14,114 bases of DNA from an uncultured Pseudomonadota bacterium. Lineage in GTDB: Bacteria; BMS3Abin14. The translations under genes were made by a program, and so were the position numbers. Shown one piece after another: positions 6,808-14,114 of this stretch. Location: positions 1 to 14,114 of the forward strand of contig CAYVSA010000036.1 in the NCBI GenBank assembly GCA_964454175.1, given 5' to 3'. Position 1 is the stretch's first letter; each line of letters begins with the position of its first letter. Under the pieces are notes generated by a model. The model had not been told where the DNA came from and made no database searches. It saw only the letters and a list, made by a program, of their open reading frames with translations.

Positions 6808-6840
6808 GCGAGGGATCGAACCAGGATCCCTGCATTTTTT
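6808..6840 (+). terminator. Intrinsic-terminator-like hairpin oriented on the + strand
   Basis: AGGGATC-GAACCAG-GATCCCT is a perfect 7-bp stem (6811-6831), extendable by GC/GC, followed by ATTTTTT. The U-tract is on the strand opposite to all flanking genes. Confidence 0.55.
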
Positions 6841-6883
6841 GTATCTCTTACCTGAATATCACCAACTAATTGGGAGATGATCC

Positions 6884-6950
6884 CTAATTTCTAATGCTCC
6901 AATTTCCATTTTCCACTTCACCACCCCGACACTCCCTTACCCCCTTACCT
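6884..6950. repeat. Hepta/octamer array D directly after the cimA stop
   Basis: CTAATTT CTAATGC TCCAATT TCCATTT TCCACTT, then 8-mers CACCACCC CGACACTC CCTTACCC CCTTACCT. Confidence 0.6.
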
Positions 6951-8562
6951 ACAAAACCCTCCCCGCCTCTTCCTCTCTGAGAAGCTTGTACTCAATGGAA
7001 TCAACCAGTGCCTGCCAGGAGGCTTCGATGATGTTGTCAGACACACCCACGGTCGACCACTTACTATCCTGGTCTCCCGACTCGATGATGACCCGGGTCA
7101 CAGCTGCAGTTCCCTTGCCCTCTGGCAGAATCCGGACCTTGTAATCGAGGAGCCGGATATCGTCCACAACCGGGTAGAACTTGGTAAGGGCTTTTCTCAG
7201 GGCCGCGTCCATCGCATCCACCGGGCCCTGGCCTACAGCAGCCGTGTGCTCTGTATTCCCATCCACGACAACCATGATCGTAGCCTCAGCGAGGGGGGGC
7301 TTGTCCCACTGCCTCTTTTCATCGATCACCCTGAAACCTTTCAGTTCGAAGAAACGCCGGTGCATCCCCAGTGCTTTTTTCAGAAGAAGCTCAAAGGAAG
7401 CTTCGGCCGATTCGTACAGGAAGCCCCTGTTCTCCAGGTCCTTTATCTGCTCCAGAACTTCTGCTATGGCGGGGTCTTTCTCATCAACCTCCACGCCGAA
7501 CTGCCTGGCTTTGTATATGACGTTGCTCCTGCCGGAGAGGTCGGAGAGGAGGACTCGCGTTGCATTGCCGACCGTTTCCGGCCTGATATGCTCATAGGTC
7601 TCTCTGTTCCTCTGCATAGCTGAAACATGAACACCGCCCTTGTGGGCAAAGGCGCTGCGCCCGACGTAGGGCTGGTGAGAATACGGTATCATGTTGGCTA
7701 TTTCTGCGATATTGCGGGACACCTCCCTCAGCCTGGCCATCTGCTCGCTGCCGATGTTGGTCGTAAGTCCCATTTTCAGAGAGACGGCCGGTATTATGGA
7801 ACACAGGTTCGCGTTGCCGCACCGCTCACCCCAGCCGTTAATGGTGCCCTGTACGTGCCTTCCGCCCAGTTCCAGGAGCACGAGGGAATTGGCTACCGCG
7901 CACTCCGAATCGTTGTGCATGTGGGCACCGATCTGCGAATCGGGAAGCTGTTTATTGACCGCATTAACTATCTCCAATATCTCTCCGGGCATGCAGCCGC
8001 CATTTGTGTCGCACAGGACGAGACAATCAGCACCGGCTTCGTCCGCAGCTTTGAGCGTATCGATGGCGTAATCGGGATTATCCTTATATCCGTCAAAGAA
8101 GTGCTCGGCATCATAAAACACCACATCTGCGTTCGCTTTCAGGAAGGCAACAGAGTCGTTGATCATCTCGAGGTTCTCCTCGAGAGTTGTCCGCAGCGCC
8201 TCGGTGACGTGAAGGTGCCAGCTCTTGCCGAAGATCGTCACGACCTCGGCAGCTTTCAGGAGCGCCTGGATCTGGGGATCGTCTGCGGCCTTGATCCCTT
8301 TTCGGCGTGTAGACCCGAAAGCGGCGATCCTGGCGTTGGACAGGGAAAGCCTTTTGGCTTCATCGAAAAAATCCATGTCCTTGGGGTTGGAACCGGGCCA
8401 TCCGCCCTCAATAAAGTCAACTCCAAGCTCATCAAGTCTGTGGGCAATGGTGACCTTGTCGGCAAGCTGAAGGCTGATCTCCTCAGCCTGCGTCCCATCC
8501 CTGAGTGTTGTATCGTATATGACGACTTTTTCCCTACCCGCTGATTTTTTTCTGGCAACCAT
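6949..8562 (-). CDS. cimA: Citramalate synthase (bacterial type; LeuA/CimA family)
   Basis: [49 protein letters not shown] and AFAHKGGVH motifs, plus a C-terminal regulatory domain ([33 protein letters not shown]). Adjacency to lysC is typical of this subfamily. Confidence 0.92.
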   Translation of the reverse strand: MVARKKSAGREKVVIYDTTLRDGTQAEEISLQLADKVTIAHRLDELGVDFIEGGWPGSNPKDMDFFDEAKRLSLSNARIAAFGSTRRKGIKAADDPQIQALLKAAEVVTIFGKSWHLHVTEALRTTLEENLEMINDSVAFLKANADVVFYDAEHFFDGYKDNPDYAIDTLKAADEAGADCLVLCDTNGGCMPGEILEIVNAVNKQLPDSQIGAHMHNDSECAVANSLVLLELGGRHVQGTINGWGERCGNANLCSIIPAVSLKMGLTTNIGSEQMARLREVSRNIAEIANMIPYSHQPYVGRSAFAHKGGVHVSAMQRNRETYEHIRPETVGNATRVLLSDLSGRSNVIYKARQFGVEVDEKDPAIAEVLEQIKDLENRGFLYESAEASFELLLKKALGMHRRFFELKGFRVIDEKRQWDKPPLAEATIMVVVDGNTEHTAAVGQGPVDAMDAALRKALTKFYPVVDDIRLLDYKVRILPEGKGTAAVTRVIIESGDQDSKWSTVGVSDNIIEASWQALVDSIEYKLLREEEAGRVL

Positions 8563-8597
8563 TTTATAACCTGCCTGTCTTTTCCGTTAATGGACCC

Positions 8598-9083
8598 TCA
8601 GACGGTTTCAGCGCCCAGGTCGAAGGTTTCGTGCAGGATTCGCACTGCAAGCTCCGTGTACTTGCTCTCAATTATGCAGGAGACCTTGATCTCGGAGGTG
8701 CTTATCATCATGATGTTGATCCCCTCACCGGCAAGTGCCTCGAACATGGTGGCTGCTATGCCCGAATGGCTTCTCATCCCTGTGCCCACAATGGAGACCT
8801 TGGACACCTTGTCATCAGTAATTATCTCCTGAGCCTCGATGTCTTTGCTGACTTCCTCGATAATGTCCACGGCCCGGGTGAGATCCGATTTGGTCACGGT
8901 AAAAGTAAGGTCCGTGAAGCCATCAACACTGATATTCTGTATGATCATGTCGACATTGATATTAGCAGCTGCGATGGGACCGAATATCTTGGCAGCTATG
9001 CCAGGTTTGTCGGGAACTCGGAGGATAGCCACTTTCGCCTCATTCTTGTCGTAGGACACTCCCGAAACCTTTACCTTCTCCAT
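8598..9083 (-). CDS. lysC: Aspartate kinase beta (regulatory) subunit from an in-frame internal start at Met247
   Basis: AGGGAGG-AAAATTCC-ATG lies inside lysC exactly at the kinase/ACT boundary (...[13 protein letters not shown]), giving 161 aa. The same arrangement is established for B. subtilis AKII and C. glutamicum LysC. Confidence 0.7.
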   Translation of the reverse strand: MEKVKVSGVSYDKNEAKVAILRVPDKPGIAAKIFGPIAAANINVDMIIQNISVDGFTDLTFTVTKSDLTRAVDIIEEVSKDIEAQEIITDDKVSKVSIVGTGMRSHSGIAATMFEALAGEGINIMMISTSEIKVSCIIESKYTELAVRILHETFDLGAETV

Positions 9084-9821
9084 GGAATTTTCCTCCCTTG
9101 TCACCCATGTTCCCTCGTTGACTGAAAATGTGGAACGCACGTGTATGGGGACATCATAGTTTTTCGCAAACTCAACGGACCTGATCTGCAGGACTTTTGC
9201 GCCAAGACTGGACATCTCGAGCATCTCGTCATAAGAGATCCTGTCTATCTTCCGTGCTGAAGGAACGAGGTTGGGGTCTGTCGTAAAGATACCTTCAACG
9301 TCAGTGAATATTTCGCAAACATCCGCGTTCAGGGCAGCTGCCATGGCAACTGCAGAGGTATCCGACCCTCCCCTGCCCAGAGTTGTTATGTCTCCCTCGT
9401 CGTTGACGCCCTGGAAACCAGCTATTACAACCACCCTGCCGGCTTTCAGGTGCCCCAGGATCGTCCCGCTGTCTATTTTCCTGATACGCGCCTTCTCGTG
9501 GGCTGAGTCAGTGTAAACCGCAACCTGAGGCCCCGTCATCGAAACTGCATCCACACCCATGGATTTTAGAGTCATGGCCAGGAGGCCGATGGTTACCTGT
9601 TCACCTGTGGACACCACAACGTCGTATTCCCTGGGATCCGGCCTGGGGGTGATTGATGTGCAGAAATCCACCAGTTTGTTGGTCTCGCCAGCCATGGCCG
9701 AAACAACAACTACAATGTCGTTTCCTTCGTCACGGCCGCTTTTTATCCGTTCGGCGACCGTTCCAATCATTTCCACATCGGCAACGGATGTTCCACCGAA
9801 CTTTTTGACTACCAGTGCCAT
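8598..9821 (-). CDS. lysC: Aspartate kinase (monofunctional, two ACT domains)
   Basis: [33 protein letters not shown] and ACT repeats ([27 protein letters not shown]). Confidence 0.97.
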   Translation of the reverse strand: MALVVKKFGGTSVADVEMIGTVAERIKSGRDEGNDIVVVVSAMAGETNKLVDFCTSITPRPDPREYDVVVSTGEQVTIGLLAMTLKSMGVDAVSMTGPQVAVYTDSAHEKARIRKIDSGTILGHLKAGRVVVIAGFQGVNDEGDITTLGRGGSDTSAVAMAAALNADVCEIFTDVEGIFTTDPNLVPSARKIDRISYDEMLEMSSLGAKVLQIRSVEFAKNYDVPIHVRSTFSVNEGTWVTREENSMEKVKVSGVSYDKNEAKVAILRVPDKPGIAAKIFGPIAAANINVDMIIQNISVDGFTDLTFTVTKSDLTRAVDIIEEVSKDIEAQEIITDDKVSKVSIVGTGMRSHSGIAATMFEALAGEGINIMMISTSEIKVSCIIESKYTELAVRILHETFDLGAETV

Positions 9822-9870
9822 TACGACCCCCGTTGATGTCCTTGTTGAAAAAGTGTTTTCGGCTCACACT

Positions 9871-11136
9871 TCAAAAGTTAAAGTTCCAGTTTATAAGGCT
9901 CCCCATGAGTTCGTGGCCCTTTGGATATTTGATCCCTGTGAGCGCAGCGTTACTTTCTGAATAGGCCAATCCGGAGCCCGCCGCCTTCGAGGATGTGTCC
10001 AGCGCCGCAAAGGGAACAGGCTCATCAGAATGTGTTTTTATCTCCAGGGGAGTGGCGTGGTCGGGCAGCACCATCAGCCTGCATCGACCCGCCCTGGGAA
10101 GACCTTTCAGAACCCTTCCTACAACCATGGAGTCAAAATCCTCGATGGCCTGTATTTTATCCCGGAGCGAGCCGCCGTGAGACGCCTCATCCGGTGCCTC
10201 TACATGAACGTACACAAGGTCAACTTTCTCCAGAGCTTTGAGCGCCGCATCCGCTTTACCCTCGTAATCCGTGTCCAGATAGCCGGTTGCGCCGGGGACA
10301 TCTATCACATCCAGGCCCAGAGACACGCCTATCCCCTTCAGCAGATCAACTGCCGTGATGATAGCTCCGGTTTTGCCGTAGCTCTCGGCAAAGGAAGGGA
10401 GTCGCGGGCGCTTACCCTGGCCCCAGAGCCAGATGCAGTTAACAGGAGGCCGGCCGTTTTTTTTCCTTACTCTGTTCACGGGGTGATCTGCAAGCAGTGA
10501 CACAGCTCTTTCCATGAGGCCAATGACTTTTCCAGACGCGGGCCCCATGGGCCAGCCCTCACCAATGGCCCGGTCAGTAAGGTCATGGGGCGCCTCAACC
10601 GTGAGGTTCTCATTACCACCTCTCCAAACGAGCAGGTGTCTGTACGACACCCCGGTGTGGAGCTCGACACCCTCTGAGGCGAGTCCATCAGCCAGTGTGT
10701 CAACGATAGATCTGGCCTCTTCATCGGATGGGTGGCCTGCAGCAAAATCAACCATCACGAGATCCTGCTTCAGTTCGTCCGCAGGTATTTCGGTGATAAT
10801 GGAGCTTCCATTACGGACCCCCAGTGTAACGAGGTTGCACCTGAATGCTACATCGTCTGCAGCCATGCTGACACCCATCCCGGCCGCCTCCAGGGGGGAC
10901 CTGCCCGTGTATATGGCAGCGGGGTCATATCCCAGGACCGACAGGTTAGCTATGTCGCTTCCCTTGACCATGCCATCCGGGATAGTTTGAGCAAGGCCCA
11001 GCACTCCGCCAGAGGAAATTGTGTCCATATTGGGCGTCTTTGCGGCCTCAAGGGGAGTCCTGCCGGAAAGGTCAGAAAGGGGCCTGTCAGCCATACCGTC
11101 CCCCAGCAGTATCAGGTATTTACAACTGCTGCTCAT
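9871..11136 (-). CDS. apgM: Cofactor-independent phosphoglycerate mutase family protein (ApgM type; proposed homoserine kinase subfamily)
   Basis: GDGMAD, TPLEAA.TP.MD, GSDIANLS (Ser nucleophile), GRSPLEA, GATGYLDTDY, HVEAPDEASH and PDHATP motifs. Start placed at the ATG at 11136, overlapping the hom stop (ATGA). Confidence 0.9.
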   Translation of the reverse strand: MSSSCKYLILLGDGMADRPLSDLSGRTPLEAAKTPNMDTISSGGVLGLAQTIPDGMVKGSDIANLSVLGYDPAAIYTGRSPLEAAGMGVSMAADDVAFRCNLVTLGVRNGSSIITEIPADELKQDLVMVDFAAGHPSDEEARSIVDTLADGLASEGVELHTGVSYRHLLVWRGGNENLTVEAPHDLTDRAIGEGWPMGPASGKVIGLMERAVSLLADHPVNRVRKKNGRPPVNCIWLWGQGKRPRLPSFAESYGKTGAIITAVDLLKGIGVSLGLDVIDVPGATGYLDTDYEGKADAALKALEKVDLVYVHVEAPDEASHGGSLRDKIQAIEDFDSMVVGRVLKGLPRAGRCRLMVLPDHATPLEIKTHSDEPVPFAALDTSSKAAGSGLAYSESNAALTGIKYPKGHELMGSLINWNFNF

Positions 11137-12455
11137 GTGATCTCTTCCCACGGGATCATACGCATGAGAAAACTGCCGCCCAGTACTGCGTCGTTTGTAT
11201 CTATTTCCTTGAGAGCCTCCACCATGGAGGAAAAAGCAGCCTCATGTGTCAGCATGAAAAGGGGAACTCCCCTTCCCTCTTCACCCTCTCTACCCCTCTG
11301 GATCACTGAGGCTATACTGATGCCGTGGGCTCCGAGGATCCCTGATACAGATGAGAGAACCCCCGGCTGGTCGTGGGCATTTATCCGCACGTAATACTCA
11401 CTCAGGGTGTTCTCCACCAGAGATAGTTCTTTTCCGTTATCTTTACCCTGCATGAAACCAGCTACCGGTACCCGCCCTACTGCACCAGAAAGGATGTCCC
11501 GGGCACAGGATATTATGTCTGCGACCACCGCACTTCCCGTGGGCATGCTTCCCGCGCCGCGTCCATAGTAAAGTGAAGGCCCCAGATTATCGTCCTGGAC
11601 GTAAACTGCATTGAACACCCCATCCACTGCACTGAGGGGGTGGCCATAGGGGACCAGGGTCGGGTGTACCCAGGCTTCAACACCCTCCTTCACGCGGGAC
11701 GCCGAAGCAATGAGCTTGACGCAATAGCCGAACTCATCCGCCATTTCCAGGTCCAGAGGCGTGATGCTCGAAATCCCCTGATAGGGGAGAACGCCCGGCG
11801 AAACAGGCGCGTTAAAACACAGGTTAGCCAGTATGGACAGCTTCTGGGCCGCATCAGTACCCTCCACATCCATAGATGGGTCCGATTCTGCGTAGCCTTT
11901 TTCCTGGGCCTCCTCCAGCACCTCGCTGAACTCCTTGTTTTCCCGTTGCATGCGCGTCAATATGTAGTTGCACGTACCGTTGATTATTCCAGTGACGGAC
12001 TTGATCCTGTTGGCCACCAGGCCCACCTTCAGGGTCCTGATCAGCGGGATGCCGCCGGCGACACTCCCCTCAAATCCCAGAACGACCTGTCTGTCCTCTG
12101 CCGCACTTACGATCTCGGACCAGTGAGCAGCAAGGAGGGCCTTGTTGGCGGTGACGACATGCTTGCCAGCTCCCATTGCCTCCAGTATGAGGCCTCGGGC
12201 CGGCTCAATGCCCCCGATGAGTTCCACGACTATCTCCACCTCGGGATCATTCACCACATCCTCGGCCTTGGTGGTCAGGACTCCCGACTCCAGGCCCGAG
12301 GACTTGAGACGGCCCTCATCGAGGTCAGCAGCACGCACAACCTTAATGGGCGCGCCAAGGCGGCTCTCCAGAAGGTTCCCGTTCTCCTTCAGGATCCGGA
12401 GTGTTCCATTGCCGATGGTGCCGAGACCTATGATCCCGACCCTGACAGGTCTCAT
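11133..12455 (-). CDS. hom: Homoserine dehydrogenase with C-terminal ACT domain
   Basis: GLGTIG Rossmann motif, VVELIGG, HVVTANKA, EGSVAGGIP, GIINGTCNYIL, GYAESDP..DVEG.DAAQK, YGRGAG..PTGSAV, and ACT domain DQPGVL. Confidence 0.97.
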   Translation of the reverse strand: MRPVRVGIIGLGTIGNGTLRILKENGNLLESRLGAPIKVVRAADLDEGRLKSSGLESGVLTTKAEDVVNDPEVEIVVELIGGIEPARGLILEAMGAGKHVVTANKALLAAHWSEIVSAAEDRQVVLGFEGSVAGGIPLIRTLKVGLVANRIKSVTGIINGTCNYILTRMQRENKEFSEVLEEAQEKGYAESDPSMDVEGTDAAQKLSILANLCFNAPVSPGVLPYQGISSITPLDLEMADEFGYCVKLIASASRVKEGVEAWVHPTLVPYGHPLSAVDGVFNAVYVQDDNLGPSLYYGRGAGSMPTGSAVVADIISCARDILSGAVGRVPVAGFMQGKDNGKELSLVENTLSEYYVRINAHDQPGVLSSVSGILGAHGISIASVIQRGREGEEGRGVPLFMLTHEAAFSSMVEALKEIDTNDAVLGGSFLMRMIPWEEIT

Positions 12456-13546
12456 CAGCTTACCTTTCCAACTCCTTCAGCCACAAGATCGCCCATGGCT
12501 GAGCAGGAGACCAGACTGCATCCTTCACTCATGATGTCACCCGTGCGGTAGCCATCTTCCAGTACATTTTCCACAGCCTTCCGGACGGTTTCGGCGGCTT
12601 TATCGGCACCACAGGTTATCTCCAGCATCATGGCAACAGAAAGGATCGTCGCCAGTGGATTTGCTTTATCCTCACCCGCGATATCCGGTGCGCTCCCGTG
12701 GACCGGCTCATACATGGCACACTGCTCCCCCAGACTGGCCGATGGCAGCATTCCGATAGACCCGGTCAGCATGGCTGACTCGTCGGAGAGGATGTCGCCG
12801 AACAGGTTCCCGGTGAGGATCACGTCGAATTGGGACGGGTTCCTGATAAGCTGCATGCTGCAGTTGTCTACGAACATGTGGTTGAGCTCGATATTCGGGA
12901 AGTCCGCAGCTACTTCAAGGACAACTTCACGCCACAGACCGCTCACCTCCAGAACGTTAGCTTTGTCTACGGACATGACCTTGCCCCGTCTTCGGCCGGC
13001 AGCTTCAAAGGCCACCCTCGCCACCCTGGCGATCTCGCCTTCTGAGTAGAACATGGTGTTGAAGCCTTCACGACCCGCATCGGTGGTTCGCCTGCCCCTG
13101 GGCTCACCAAAGTAGATGTCCGATACCAGCTCCCTCACAACCAGGAGGTCTATTCCGGAAACCACTTCGGGCCGGAGAGTAGATGCATCAACGAGGGGTT
13201 TGTGAACCTGGGCCGGCCTCAGGTTTGCGAACATATCAAGTATCTGTCGCAGGGCGAGGAGGCCCTTTTCCGGACGCTTGTCTGTGGGCAGGTCGTCCCA
13301 CCTGGGACCGCCAACAGCCCCGAGAAGTACCGCATCTGCCTCCCTTGCAGCCTGAATAGTCGCCTCTGACACCGGAGAACCCTCTGCTTCGATCGCAGCC
13401 CCGCCTACGAGGGCCTTTGAGAGTTTGAACTCGTGTCCGAAAATATCGCCGACTGCAGCAAGCACTTTCACTGCCTGGGCTGTAACCTCGGGGCCAATAC
13501 CATCGCCTTCCAGTACAAGTACGTCAAAGCTGTTTCCTGCGCTCAT
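12455..13546 (-). CDS. leuB: 3-isopropylmalate dehydrogenase
   Basis: [64 protein letters not shown] overlap with hom. Confidence 0.97.
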   Translation of the reverse strand: MSAGNSFDVLVLEGDGIGPEVTAQAVKVLAAVGDIFGHEFKLSKALVGGAAIEAEGSPVSEATIQAAREADAVLLGAVGGPRWDDLPTDKRPEKGLLALRQILDMFANLRPAQVHKPLVDASTLRPEVVSGIDLLVVRELVSDIYFGEPRGRRTTDAGREGFNTMFYSEGEIARVARVAFEAAGRRRGKVMSVDKANVLEVSGLWREVVLEVAADFPNIELNHMFVDNCSMQLIRNPSQFDVILTGNLFGDILSDESAMLTGSIGMLPSASLGEQCAMYEPVHGSAPDIAGEDKANPLATILSVAMMLEITCGADKAAETVRKAVENVLEDGYRTGDIMSEGCSLVSCSAMGDLVAEGVGKVS

Positions 13547-14046
13547 TTACCGGTCTCCTTAAGTACATAGGGTATCAGCCCTCCTGCTTCGATAAGCTCC
13601 ATCATAAAGGGAGGGAACGGTTCTGCCTTGTGCTCTGAGCTTCTCGTAATATTCCTGATCACACCAGATGAAGCGTCCACTTCCAGTTCGTCACCGGTGG
13701 TGATCTCTGCTGAGGCCCGGGCAGATTCAAAGATAGGAAGACCCATGTTAAAAGAGTTGCGGTAGAAGATCCGCGCAAAAGATGCCGCTATCACGCAGGA
13801 CACACCTGCCGCTTTGATGGCTATTGGTGCGTGCTCCCTGGAGGATCCGCAGCCGAAGTTCTTTCCGCCAACGATAATATCCCCGGCAGAAGCCCTGGAG
13901 GAAAAATCAGGATCAGCGTCTTCCATACAGTGTTTTGCCAGTTCGCCCGGATCGGATGTATTCAGGTACCTCGCCGGGATGATGGCGTCCGTGTCCACAT
14001 CGTCCCCGAAACGCCAGGCGCGGCCTTTGAATTTTGCTTCGTTCAT
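13543..14046 (-). CDS. leuD: 3-isopropylmalate dehydratase small subunit (short, type-2 LeuD)
   Basis: [38 protein letters not shown] and GGL motifs. AAAGGAG SD. ATGA overlap with leuB. Confidence 0.95.
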   Translation of the reverse strand: MNEAKFKGRAWRFGDDVDTDAIIPARYLNTSDPGELAKHCMEDADPDFSSRASAGDIIVGGKNFGCGSSREHAPIAIKAAGVSCVIAASFARIFYRNSFNMGLPIFESARASAEITTGDELEVDASSGVIRNITRSSEHKAEPFPPFMMELIEAGGLIPYVLKETGK

Positions 14047-14114
14047 TTAATCTCCTTTGATTCCTTACACCCAATACAATAAATCATTCATTTCCTGTCC
14101 CGCAGGGTAGTCCC

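Noticed and set aside
6795-6835. tRNA T-loop-like GGTTCGATCC on the minus strand
   Set aside because: The flanks do not form a T-stem (CCTGG vs CCTCG), and there is no D arm, anticodon arm, acceptor stem or CCA. It is better explained as the terminator-like hairpin.
6620-6869. Small ORFs 6620-6835 (-) and 6675-6869 (+), and similarly 2223-2522 (-)
   Set aside because: They are translations of heptamer arrays (FNLQLSTFNFQL, LDLGPGTLD). The similarity between them comes from the DNA repeats, and they have no convincing SD.
6868-6889. Hairpin AATT-GGGA-GATGA-TCCC-T-AATT as the cimA terminator
   Set aside because: The stem is weak and bulged, with no U-tract on the minus strand.
7627-8544. Long + strand ORFs (e.g. 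7627-8544, 11640-12551, 5385-6173, 4533-5270, 10732-11394, 1493-2119)
   Set aside because: They are antisense shadows of well-supported minus-strand genes, with no recognisable motifs.
14047-14114. Possible 3' end of leuC upstream of leuD
   Set aside because: None of the three minus-strand frames in these 68 nt gives a recognisable LeuC C-terminus, and the stretch is too short to call.

Overview
Bacterial chromosomal window, with gene content and style most like anaerobic Desulfobacterota/deltaproteobacteria (inference). All credible genes lie on the minus strand and form two blocks. (1) 6949-14046 is a tightly coupled amino-acid biosynthesis operon, leuD-leuB-hom-apgM-like-lysC-cimA. lysC carries an internal SD+ATG for a nested beta subunit. 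(2) 1-6371 is an anaerobic respiratory electron-transfer locus: an ImcH-like NapC/NirT-type inner-membrane cytochrome extended to 13 heme motifs, a ~18-TM DUF2339-like membrane protein, and a separately promoted module of tetraheme cytochrome c + Tat-exported 4x[4Fe-4S] protein + NrfD/DsrP-like membrane subunit (truncated at the window edge and missing from the ORF track). The three long intergenic regions hold 7-nt/8-nt periodic arrays, with hairpins that fold better on the antisense (+) strand; one may be a ~195-nt repeat-built small RNA. The cytochrome upstream regions carry Rex/CRP-like and Fur-like boxes. All family calls are from motif recognition, not database searches.
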